Shown here in pieces: positions 31,922 to 41,741 of a stretch of DNA of 64,000 nucleotides. Below the pieces are notes generated by a model. The model saw nothing but the letters and a program-made list of their open reading frames with translations. It searched no databases and had not been told where the DNA came from. The DNA is taken from assembly GCA_963668025.2 (NCBI GenBank), contig CAXXTH010000010.1, positions 160,001 through 224,000 on the forward strand, in the 5' to 3' direction. Source of the DNA: Candidatus Hydrogenedentota bacterium. GTDB taxonomy: Bacteria; Hydrogenedentota; Hydrogenedentia; Hydrogenedentales; SLHB01. The position numbers and the translations under genes are program-made. Position 1 is the stretch's first letter. Every line of letters starts with the position of its first letter.

Positions 31922-32117
31922 GCTCTTTATATCCCTGACGTGGGGGCTGCCCACAATATCGAGAAACGGCGTAACCGCAATCATAGAGCCTAGCTCCCTG
32001 ATCACTCGCGGTTTGCGGTAATGGGCCAGGTTTGTTACATTCTGTACAAGATTTTGTGGGATTCTACCATAATCGAGCCGCATATAGCGCTGAATCCCTT
32101 TGGATGCTGGGGAGACC

Positions 32118-33116
<999 letters not shown>

Positions 33117-33309
33117 ACTAGTTTGCTAGGGTTTGGCTTTACCCGCCATTCCAAACGGTGGATAATTGAAAAGCACACATCAAACACGCCGTGTTGAATT
33201 TTTTCAGACACACCGGCCACAACGGGATATAGTGGCGGCCAAGGAAAATAAGGGCTATAAACCCATACGAGTGCGCTTTGCTCATCCAAAAAGAACGGTG
33301 GCTACTTGA

Positions 33310-33609
33310 GGGTGCAGCTCTGTTACTACCGATCCATTCGCCTTGCCGAGGGATAGCCGCTGCTTAGTTGGAGCCATTCTTGGGCGCGCGGATGAACCAA
33401 AATACATGGTGGATTTGCCCCACCATCTAATAACATTTGTTGTATAAAACCCCATAAACTACCTTGTTGTCATTCCCGCGAAAGCGGGAATCCAGTGCAA
33501 ATTCTCTGGATCTCCGCGTTCGCGGGGATGACAGGTAGGCGGTTTTACGGTATTTCAATACGTACGCATGATATATTCTTCCAGGAGCGGTAGTAACAGA
33601 GCTGCATCC
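33310..33609. mobile_element. MITE-like element, 300 bp, 22-bp TIRs, 8-bp target duplication
   Basis: GGGTGCAGCTCTGTTACTACCG (33310-33331) vs CGGTAGTAACAGAGCTGCATCC (33588-33609), 21/22 inverted match; flanks CTACTTGA and TTACTTGA. Confidence 0.75.
33468..33533. repeat. REP-type palindrome TGTCATTCCCGCGAAAGCGGGAATCCAG...CTGGATCTCCGCGTTCGCGGGGATGACA
   Basis: Inverted pair of the widespread GTCATTCCCGCG..GCGGGAATCCA repeat. Confidence 0.85.
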
Positions 33610-33638
33610 TTACTTGAAAATATAGGAGTGAATCAACC

Positions 33639-34208
33639 ATGGAACTATTTGAAGCCATTCAGAATCGCCACAGTTATCGCGGCCCTTTCCTGGACCAGCC
33701 TGTCCCACGTGAAGATTTGCGCCGCATTGTCCATGCCGGGCTAATGGCCCCTTCGGGCTGTAATGCCCAGACCACCAATTTCGTAATCGTGGATGACGCG
33801 GCGATGGTGAAGACAATCAACCAGCTTCCCGGGGCCAACATGGCCATGCAGCAGGCGAAGGCCTATATCACGTGCATCATCGATGTGAAACCGAAAGCCG
33901 TCTACGAAAGCTTTGATTTCCAACTGGAAGACTGCGCGGCGGCAGTCGAGAACATGATGCTGGCCATTACCGCGCTAGGTTACGCCACGGTGTGGGTGGA
34001 TGGCTGGCTCCTCCAGCAAAACCGCGCACAGGTAATTGGCGAGATGCTTGACGTGCCGGAGAGCAAACGGATTCTCGTCATTCTACCCATAGGCCGTCCC
34101 GCGGAAACTCCTTCCGCGCGCGAGAAAATGCCTTTTGAATCCCGCGCATGGTTCAATCAATTTGGCAGCTCCAAATGGGTGCTCCCTCAATATGATAACC
34201 TCAATTGA
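33639..34208 (+). CDS. Nitroreductase family protein (last 10 aa supplied by the IS end)
   Basis: AIQNRHSYR, APSGCNAQ, DCAAAVENMMLAITALGYATVWV, LPIGRP. Confidence 0.92.
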   Translation: MELFEAIQNRHSYRGPFLDQPVPREDLRRIVHAGLMAPSGCNAQTTNFVIVDDAAMVKTINQLPGANMAMQQAKAYITCIIDVKPKAVYESFDFQLEDCAAAVENMMLAITALGYATVWVDGWLLQQNRAQVIGEMLDVPESKRILVILPIGRPAETPSAREKMPFESRAWFNQFGSSKWVLPQYDNLN

Positions 34209-35546
34209 CCCCGTGGCGGGCCACGTGTTGCCAGAACTGGTCCCAACGGCCCTCGGTCATCTCCAGCGACCTGAGCGCGATCACCGCGCTCGCGCCCGCT
34301 TCCTTCCACCGCATCCCGGAGCATGCCAGGCGTTGCTTGATCAGCGTCTTGCACGCCGCCTCCGTCACTCCGCTGCCGATGGGAAGGCGCTCCGCCGTGT
34401 GCCGCCAGTATTGCATCTTCGAGCGGTGATTGCCGAAGTAGGTGATCGCCTTGCCGAGTTCCTCGCGGCAAGCCTGGGCGCGCACGCTTGGCAAGCTCGC
34501 CTTCATCTCCTCCAGCAAGCGTCCGGCTGCGCCCCTCGTGTGCTTCAGCCGGTGACTCCAGTCCGCCTCCCACTCCCGGCGGCGCGCGCCATGACCGTGA
34601 ATCGCCTCCGCCGCCTTCCCCACGTATTCCCGCGCGTGATAGAAATCCAGCATCTGCCGGTCCGTGCGCGGCGTCAAAAACTTCCAGTTGTCCGGCGCGC
34701 CGTCGGCCAGGCCGATATACAGCGCCGCCGGGTGCCTCGCCCTCACGCGCTCCACCTCGCGGCCGAAGCGCTCGAGGAAAGTCTGCTTGCCGTACTCGGG
34801 CGATGCGCCCGCGTAGATCGTGTGCAGCCGCTCCCCGTCCTTGTCGTACAGGCTGATGGACCCGCACATCGCCTGACGCCAGCCGTCCTCCCTGAGCAGC
34901 ATGCAGGTGCCGTCCAGGCCCACGGCCACCGACGCGACCGGCCTGTCCAATTCCGGCAGCTCGTACTCCCACGTCTCCTCCCTGGCCTGCGCCAGGGCGC
35001 CCACAAAATCGCCGATCTTCTTCACATAGTCGCGCGAGATTGCGCGGCCTGTCGACTCGAGCAGGTCGCGGCGCATGACATCGGCGCCCATGCGGGAGTA
35101 TTTTCCGCTGACGATCCGGGCGTAGCGCGGCGTGGCGTTCATGACCATTCGCGCGTCCCGCTCCAGCGGGCAGAAGGTGCGCCCGCCCGTGGCGGTGTTC
35201 TGGTAGACGTGCCGCTCGACGCGGACCGGGCCGTGGGGCGTCTCGTAGGTCTGGCCGAAGCGCCCCTTGGTTTTGAAGGTGGTGGCGCCGACGCGGATGG
35301 GCGAGCCGTCTGTGTCGAAACGGGCCAGGGCCTCGGCCATGACTGCGCGCCCCACCCCGTTCAGGGCCTCCTGGACCGCCTCCTCCATATCGAGCATCGA
35401 ACCACGCAGCCTCAGCGAGAAACTCACCTCGAACGTGTCGCCGTCGCGCCTTGTCACCATCGCTGCCATCGGTCTTCCTCCGTTAAGGGTCCGGCATACT
35501 TATCGACCCGACACGAGGATTTCTTTAGCATTCTGCGGGAACACCC
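34177..35546 (-). mobile_element. Complete ISKra4-family insertion sequence, 1370 bp
   Basis: Imperfect TIRs GGGTGCTCCCTCAATATGATAA / GGGTGTTCCCGCAGAATGCTAA; perfect 8-bp TSD CTCCAAAT (34169-34176 and 35547-35554); higher GC than its flanks. Confidence 0.92.
34201..35469 (-). CDS. ISKra4-family DDE transposase
   Basis: GLDGT, LADGA.DNW, LDFYHA.EY, PIGSGVTEAACKTLIKQRL..SGMRW. Confidence 0.92.
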   Translation of the reverse strand: MAAMVTRRDGDTFEVSFSLRLRGSMLDMEEAVQEALNGVGRAVMAEALARFDTDGSPIRVGATTFKTKGRFGQTYETPHGPVRVERHVYQNTATGGRTFCPLERDARMVMNATPRYARIVSGKYSRMGADVMRRDLLESTGRAISRDYVKKIGDFVGALAQAREETWEYELPELDRPVASVAVGLDGTCMLLREDGWRQAMCGSISLYDKDGERLHTIYAGASPEYGKQTFLERFGREVERVRARHPAALYIGLADGAPDNWKFLTPRTDRQMLDFYHAREYVGKAAEAIHGHGARRREWEADWSHRLKHTRGAAGRLLEEMKASLPSVRAQACREELGKAITYFGNHRSKMQYWRHTAERLPIGSGVTEAACKTLIKQRLACSGMRWKEAGASAVIALRSLEMTEGRWDQFWQHVARHGVN

Positions 35547-35605
35547 CTCCAAATAGCATGAGAAATGCCGCCCGCCTTGGGCGGACTGTTTGGCCGGAGA
35601 CGAGG

Positions 35606-36649
35606 CTACTCGAATCCGAAATAGGCGTCGTTTGCGCCCAGCAGTTCGCCTGGCGCGGCGCTTGAACGGAGGAAACGGCATTCTTCCGCGGCGCAGGCAT
35701 GCGGCTGTGGGGTTCGAAGGGCATCCCAGTGCGTTTCGCCATACCAGATATCATGCAGCGGCTGCTCGAAGACATTGCCCAGTGGTTCCGCTGTGTCTTC
35801 ATGGGTGAAATTGCAGCACAAATAGACATCGCCATTGGCATCGAGCATGAGCTGGAGCGGCGTAAGCCAGCACTGGCGGGATACATGGAGCCGGTCGAGC
35901 CCTCCCGTGACGGGCATGCCTGGATATCGCTGGCGCAACGCTTGGAGCGCTTGGACGGCTTCCTCTGACTGTGCGGACGCAAGGGCGTGCGGCCCCAGGC
36001 GCACGGGCTTGAATTGAAGGGAATCGGCTCCCAGCCGGAGGGCCAATTCGGCGCAATCCCCCACTTCGGCGATATTCCGGTTATCCACGGCGATTCGAAG
36101 GCTAATACGCAGCGCCGAATGGCGTTCATTCCGCAAATCCGCCAGTTCCCGCACGTGGGCGCAAACAGCGTCAAACGAGACTTGGGAGCGTTCTTGATGA
36201 GACGCGGCATGTGCGCCGCCCAGCGCTACACGCACATACCGCGCGCTGGAAACAAGCGCTTCCGCCAACGCGCCGGTGCAATAGGCCCCCATCGTGAGCA
36301 TGCCGATAGCCAGGCCATCGGCGCTGGCCACGGGAAGCACCTCCGCCAATTCGGGATAAAGCGCCGGGTCATTCCCACCGCATAGCTCGACGCCCATGAC
36401 GCCCACGGCGCGCAAACTGGCAAGCAGCGCCATCATTCGTTGAGGCTCTAGATAACTATATACTTGGCCATCAAATTCGCGCGGTTCACACCAACGGCTG
36501 TTTTTCCGGCAGGCATGGGCCGGATAAAAGACCGCCGTTCGAGGGGGCGGCATCCGGCCATTGAGAATCATCACGGCTTCATTGAAATGAGTGAGATGGC
36601 GGTATTGATTGTAATCAAACACCCCTAATGGACCAGAAACCGTGCTCAT
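35606..36649 (-). CDS. Radical SAM/SPASM-like protein with degenerate cluster motif
   Basis: CRKNSRWC in place of CxxxCxxC; GGNDP; SPASM/twitch-like C...DANGDVYLCC...LGNVFEQPLHDIW...C....C. Confidence 0.75.
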   Translation of the reverse strand: MSTVSGPLGVFDYNQYRHLTHFNEAVMILNGRMPPPRTAVFYPAHACRKNSRWCEPREFDGQVYSYLEPQRMMALLASLRAVGVMGVELCGGNDPALYPELAEVLPVASADGLAIGMLTMGAYCTGALAEALVSSARYVRVALGGAHAASHQERSQVSFDAVCAHVRELADLRNERHSALRISLRIAVDNRNIAEVGDCAELALRLGADSLQFKPVRLGPHALASAQSEEAVQALQALRQRYPGMPVTGGLDRLHVSRQCWLTPLQLMLDANGDVYLCCNFTHEDTAEPLGNVFEQPLHDIWYGETHWDALRTPQPHACAAEECRFLRSSAAPGELLGANDAYFGFE

Positions 36650-36726
36650 GATTCACCCTGCGGGAAAATGAAACCGCGCCTGCCCATGCAGTAGCAGCGT
36701 ATTTCTGGTTCAACGCGGAAGCGAGG

Positions 36727-38190
36727 CTAGTTATTCCCAGGGAATCCGGTGAAGGGCCGTTGTTCGCGCGCCCGGAAATAGCCGAAGAAACTCTTGAGCC
36801 CATGCCATTTCGCGCGCACATCAGACATGGAACGGATGTTGCAAAGCATGCGCCACATTTGGGACGGGCGCATATAGAAACCCCGCAGCCCCTCATCGAT
36901 CAAGGCGTTGATCTCTTCCACCTTGAGCATGGGCAGGTTCAGCGTGGTGACCTGTTCATAATCTTTATCCACCCAGTCGCGCCAGTCGCAAGGAATAATG
37001 TAGCCTTGTTCACGCGCCCATGCGTAAAACTCCGTCCCTGGATACGCCACTACCCCGCTGAACTGGGCGGTGTCGATGGGCAATTCCTGTGCCAGGCGGA
37101 TGGTTTTCCGGGCCGTTTCCGGCGTTTCACCAGGCCCGCCAATCATGAAGCATCCATGGACGCGGATGCCCGCCTTGCGGGCATGTTCGGCGAAGCGCCG
37201 CATTTCCTCGACGCTGGTGCCTTTTTTCACATTGCGCAGCACCTGTTCGTCGCCGAATTCGAATCCCACGCAGAGCATGCGGCAGCCCGAACGCTTCATC
37301 AGCTTCAGGGTATCCAGGTCATTCACATCGACCCGCGCATTGGCGCTCCAGGAGATGCCGAACCGGCGCGAGATGAGGGCTTCGCATAACGCTCGAAGGC
37401 GTTCGCGGTTTGCCGGAGAGAGCAGCGTGTCATCCTCGAACATGACCTCGCGCAAATCGGGGAACAGCGACAGGTCATATTCAATTTCCGCGATCACGTT
37501 CTCGACGCTCCGGGCGCGGTATTGCCGGCCAGTCATCACTTGCGGAAGCTGGCAGAACGTACAGCGGCCCCAGCATCCACGCCCGCTGATCAACGTCAGG
37601 AACGGAAATAGCTTGCCCGCGTCGCGGTAGTCCTGGAGATCGATATGCCGCCATGCCGGGAACGGCAGGGCATCAAGCTCCTCGATGTAAGGCCGGCGCG
37701 GATTGCAGCGGTATTGCCCGCCATCCATCCAGGCGATACCCGCGCAATCTCGAAGCGCCACGCCGCTGGCCAAATCCCGCACGGTATAGTCATACTCGCC
37801 AATCGCCACGGCGTCCACCACGCCGTGGGCGCGTTTAAGCGTATCTTCCGGCTCCGCCGACACATGGGGCCCCACCAGCACGTGCTGGGCATGGACGGAT
37901 TCCCGGCACAGCGCCGCCGCGGCGATATCCGCATCAATGGAAGGCGTCGAAGCCTGGTAGATAATCAGATCCGGCGCGAAGGCCTTTATGGCGGGCAGCG
38001 CATCCGGCGTTGGGATATTCTTCGCCTGGGCGTCCAGCAGGAACACCTCATGCCCATCTGCTTCCGCGACGGCGGCGGCGATGCACAAATAATCGGGATG
38101 GCGCTGGACACGGCCCCTCGAGCGCGCGAACCAGCGCGCGGATTTCGTGAAGTCTCTTCCGAACATCGGATTTAGAAACAGAACTCGCAT
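36727..38190 (-). CDS. B12-binding radical SAM protein (HpnJ/BchE-like class)
   Basis: VGPHVS, GEYD, SGRGCWGRCTFC, FEDDT, VGFE, HGCFMIG.PGET. Confidence 0.9.
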   Translation of the reverse strand: MRVLFLNPMFGRDFTKSARWFARSRGRVQRHPDYLCIAAAVAEADGHEVFLLDAQAKNIPTPDALPAIKAFAPDLIIYQASTPSIDADIAAAALCRESVHAQHVLVGPHVSAEPEDTLKRAHGVVDAVAIGEYDYTVRDLASGVALRDCAGIAWMDGGQYRCNPRRPYIEELDALPFPAWRHIDLQDYRDAGKLFPFLTLISGRGCWGRCTFCQLPQVMTGRQYRARSVENVIAEIEYDLSLFPDLREVMFEDDTLLSPANRERLRALCEALISRRFGISWSANARVDVNDLDTLKLMKRSGCRMLCVGFEFGDEQVLRNVKKGTSVEEMRRFAEHARKAGIRVHGCFMIGGPGETPETARKTIRLAQELPIDTAQFSGVVAYPGTEFYAWAREQGYIIPCDWRDWVDKDYEQVTTLNLPMLKVEEINALIDEGLRGFYMRPSQMWRMLCNIRSMSDVRAKWHGLKSFFGYFRAREQRPFTGFPGNN

Positions 38191-38586
38191 AGCGCCGGTA
38201 TTCTAGCATGCCGGGCCTGGCCCGCGCCTCTTGTTTGAATGGGGTGGAAATATGCTGGCGAAGAGCAGGCGTTCCGCTAAGGCAATCGAACTAAAAACAA
38301 CCCCGAGTTGGCCTCAAGAGGCACAAGAAACGCAAAAATAAATGCATTTTTGCGTCTTTTGCGCTATTTGTGGCTCATTCTCAGGAAATGTGGGGAGTGG
38401 CATTTCAGAAAGGTTTGGACAAACAAACACAAATGCTCTGCTCAGATGGAAAAGCACTGCATTTTTGATGCAATTGCCGAAGCGTCCTGCACTTGAACCA
38501 GCGGGCGCAAAACCGTACCTTGTAATGTATGAACAAAAAGCCGTGGGGTGCGGCTATCCAAAACATGAGGGAGGAGAGTTTGGCGT

Positions 38587-39180
38587 ATGGCCTATTCGAA
38601 ACGCTTGGTGGACGCCTTTGCGATGGCATTTGAGTTGCACGACGGCCAGCAGCGCAAAGGCTCTGATATTCCATATATCACCCATCTGATGGGCGTAGCG
38701 GCATTAGTAGGCGAATATGGCGGAACGGAAGACCAGGTCATCGCCGCGCTCCTGCATGACGCGGTGGAAGATCAGGGCGGCCCGGTCACGCTGTCCTTGA
38801 TTCGCGATGAATTCGGCGATCTCGTGGCGCAATATGTGTATGCATGCAGTGATTCCGACACCTTGCCGAAACCGCCTTGGCGCGAGCGCAAGGACGCCTA
38901 TCTGGCCCGCCTCGCCAGTGAGCCGCCGGATGTGCGGCTGATTAGCGCCGCGGACAAGCTGTTCAATACGCGCTCGATGTACCGGGACTTGAAAGAGATG
39001 GGCAACAGCCTTTGGGAGCGTTTTCATGGAAAACGCGATGGGACGCTTTGGTATCTCAAGGAATGCCTGCGCGCCTTGAGCGATGGATGGAATCATCCTA
39101 TCTTGGAGGCCTTTGAAGAAGCGCTGGCGGCGTTATACGAGGAAGCGGAACGGCATACGCCGGGCCGCCATACCTCGTAA
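38587..39180 (+). CDS. HD-domain protein, RelA/SpoT-type small alarmone hydrolase
   Basis: HDGQQRKGSDIPYITHL, AALLHDAVED, WRERK, SAADKLFN. Confidence 0.88.
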   Translation: MAYSKRLVDAFAMAFELHDGQQRKGSDIPYITHLMGVAALVGEYGGTEDQVIAALLHDAVEDQGGPVTLSLIRDEFGDLVAQYVYACSDSDTLPKPPWRERKDAYLARLASEPPDVRLISAADKLFNTRSMYRDLKEMGNSLWERFHGKRDGTLWYLKECLRALSDGWNHPILEAFEEALAALYEEAERHTPGRHTS

Positions 39181-39327
39181 TCCCATAAGCGGAGGGCGCC
39201 TCTTTTTTCCCGATATCAGAGATGAGGGCAAATTCATATCGTTCTGTTGGGTGCTCTCGTGCGCCATATAAGAGGATTCAACGTTTCCTTTCGACATCAT
39301 GCGGATTGGCCACGCACTTCAGGCGCT

Positions 39328-39549
39328 TCAAAGCTGTTGTTGCAGATCACTTTCAAAAGATGCGAAGAGAGAACTCATTTGTTCCGTGACGGCTTCTGAA
39401 TTTTGGAATTCATCAATGACACCCATCTGGACCAGGATATCGCCTAAAAGTCCTCCTTTCTGGTGTTGCAGGAATAAGGCCGCCCCAAGCTGTATTTTGC
39501 TGATTGCTTCGTGTTCAATGAGGATCTCGCCGAGCATCTTCGCACCCAT
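39328..39549 (-). CDS. Small standalone MshEN-like protein
   Basis: GGAGG RBS; tandem LGEILIE...QL..AL..Q and LGDILVQMGVI motifs. Confidence 0.65.
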   Translation of the reverse strand: MGAKMLGEILIEHEAISKIQLGAALFLQHQKGGLLGDILVQMGVIDEFQNSEAVTEQMSSLFASFESDLQQQL

Positions 39550-39748
39550 AGCCCACCTCCTCTAGCAAGCTTACCCATAGACTTGCATCTATATTATATC
39601 TCTAAAAAAGCGTTTTGCCAAGTGGTTTATTCCTAAAAATGCACCCATGGAAGCATTTTAACGGAAAACTTTCCTTCCTCGCGCAATGGATTCCACCTTA
39701 AACTATTAAGGCCTACCGGCTCTTTCCTTGCCTTCAACGCAGGGGCTC

Positions 39749-39788
39749 AAAAAACCAATGGGGCAAGCCCCGTATCGAGGCTTGCCCC
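39749..39788 (-). terminator. Rho-independent terminator of the PEP-CTERM gene
   Basis: GGGGCAAGCC/GGCTTGCCCC stem, then a T6 tract on the minus strand. Confidence 0.75.
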
Positions 39789-39819
39789 AGGTAAATGTTG
39801 TCTATGGCGGGAAACGAGA

Positions 39820-40584
39820 TTATGCGATAGAGCGTTTGCGGAAGCGCCGGACTACGAGCGCCGCGATGCCAAGGCCCAGAAGCGACATGGTGGCGGGCTC
39901 GGGCACGACTACTGTCTTCACATTTGAAATCATCAGCACCAAGTCATTGTAATCGTTGTCGGTGCCGTCCTCGAAGGCCAGCATATAGGTGTCTGGATCT
40001 GGGGTCTCGATGACCAGCATGCGCAATAAGCTGCCGGTGTTGAGCGCTTGCTCGGAATAGGAGTAGACGCCTGCGGGGCTCTCATTATATAATCCGAACT
40101 CGCCATCCAAATCCGGAATCGTCGCGGTAAATGTAGACCAGTCAATCCCACGTCGCGGATTATATGTCTCGGTATATTGATCGGCCGGAATCGTAAACAA
40201 TTCGGTAAGCGTCAGCGAATCCGTCGTGCCCACCGGTTGATACGTCCCAAGCTCCTCGGAATTCCATGCTTGCTTTTCAAGCACGGTTACGACCGAGTCA
40301 ATTCCGCCTTCGCCAAGGGTGAAGGTTTGCGCATTTACCTGCTGCAATTCACTACTGCTTGTTAACAACTCGCTGGGCTCCGAGGCAAAGTACTCGTTGT
40401 AAATCTCATACAGATTGAGTTCCCATGTGGAACCGGGCCATTGATTCGTTGCGGCTTCCTGGGCTGTCTGGGCGCGCCACTCGTCACTGATGGCTGCAGG
40501 CGTCCAGATGTCGGCGAATGCGGCATTAGCCAGCAACAGACTGGCGAGCGCTAAGCTCAGGCTTAATGTATGCTTTCTCATCAT
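39820..40584 (-). CDS. PEP-CTERM exosortase-target protein with DUF4114-like motif
   Basis: Signal peptide; AFEDGTDNDYNDLV; VPEPATMSLLGLGIAALVVRRFRKR. Confidence 0.93.
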   Translation of the reverse strand: MMRKHTLSLSLALASLLLANAAFADIWTPAAISDEWRAQTAQEAATNQWPGSTWELNLYEIYNEYFASEPSELLTSSSELQQVNAQTFTLGEGGIDSVVTVLEKQAWNSEELGTYQPVGTTDSLTLTELFTIPADQYTETYNPRRGIDWSTFTATIPDLDGEFGLYNESPAGVYSYSEQALNTGSLLRMLVIETPDPDTYMLAFEDGTDNDYNDLVLMISNVKTVVVPEPATMSLLGLGIAALVVRRFRKRSIA

Positions 40585-40647
40585 TTTCTCCTCCGTACTC
40601 CCTTGATGGGATGCAAACTTGTTCAAGGCTGAATTATGTAAATAGAT

Positions 40648-40708
40648 AACAAGAAGCATGCCAATTTTCATAAAATGCATTTAAACCTATATGGGTAAAA
40701 GGTTTACA
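40648..40708 (-). promoter_or_regulatory. Sigma54 promoter plus TGTAAA/TTTAC-type enhancer site for the PEP-CTERM gene
   Basis: TGGCAT-GCTTC-TTGTT (40663-40648) preceded by TGTAAACCTTTTACC (40708-40694). Confidence 0.65.
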
Positions 40709-40874
40709 TGCGATTTACGCTTTTGGAGGATTTGATCAAGCGGGAAGGCCTGGAGCAGCAGGAATACGGAGTGTTTATCACATTCGCTACCACATTATTC
40801 AAAAAAGAATAATGTATGATCAGGGCAAGCGGACCAGGCAGTCTGCTTACCCTGAAAAAAGTTATCGCCGGGTG

Positions 40875-41741
40875 CTATCCATTACTGACAAGCCCTAGGT
40901 TTTCAGCGAAACGCCGGAAAAAGCTGGCGCTGCGCGTGGTTGGGGCCGCTGCGCGCTGATGGATGAGGCGCACGGCGAGTTCCTCGACACTCCGGCTCGC
41001 GGGCGCGGTGGGAAACTTGAGCAAGAAGGGATAGGTTTGCATGACACTGCGCGAGACATGCGGATCCCGTGGCACACATCCTAGGTAGGCGGGTTTTCGC
41101 CCCAGATATTGCTGGGCCACAACGCGGAGCTTATCCGCCACGGCTTGGCCTTGCTGCTCGTTGAGGGCCATGTTGACGACGATGTGGATAACAGCGTCTT
41201 CACGGCTCTGATAAATTGTTTTGATCATGGCGTACGCATCCACGATGGACGAAGGTTCTGGCGTGGTCACGATGAGGACTTCATCGGCCGCCGTAGCAAA
41301 TGAAACCGCATTCTGGCCGATGCCGGCCATGGTGTCGATAATGACAAAATCATGGCTGTCTTGGAGTTCTTCCAGGCCGTTGAGGACATTCTGTCGGGCG
41401 CGCGGGCCGAGGTCGGCGATCTTCGATATGCCGGAGCTGCCAGGCACGACATAAATGCCGCCCGGCCCTTCGACCAAGATCTCGAGGATATGCTTTTCCC
41501 CGGTGACGACTTGCTGCAAGTTATAGAGCGAGTTCAACCCGAGGAGCACCTCGACATTCGCCAAGCCCAGATCCGCATCGAGGACAGCGGTGCGCATCGC
41601 TTCCGATGCCAGGGCAATAGCCAAATTCACGCTAAGGCTGGTTTTCCCTACGCCGCCCTTGCCGCCCGAGACGGCGATGACCCGGGCGCTATCCCACTTT
41701 TCGCGCATCATTTCCCGCAGATGTTCAGCTTGATCGTTCAC
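40875..41741 (-). CDS. flhG: Flagellar number regulator FlhG/FleN (MinD-like ATPase)
   Basis: DQAEHLR, GGKGGVGKT, DADLGLANV, TPEPSSIVDAYA; downstream of flhF. Confidence 0.93.
   Translation of the reverse strand: MNDQAEHLREMMREKWDSARVIAVSGGKGGVGKTSLSVNLAIALASEAMRTAVLDADLGLANVEVLLGLNSLYNLQQVVTGEKHILEILVEGPGGIYVVPGSSGISKIADLGPRARQNVLNGLEELQDSHDFVIIDTMAGIGQNAVSFATAADEVLIVTTPEPSSIVDAYAMIKTIYQSREDAVIHIVVNMALNEQQGQAVADKLRVVAQQYLGRKPAYLGCVPRDPHVSRSVMQTYPFLLKFPTAPASRSVEELAVRLIHQRAAAPTTRSASFFRRFAENLGLVSNG

Noticed and set aside
34135-35556. 473-aa plus-strand ORF and 261-aa alternative-frame ORF
   Set aside because: Shadow ORFs of the high-GC transposase with no recognisable motifs.
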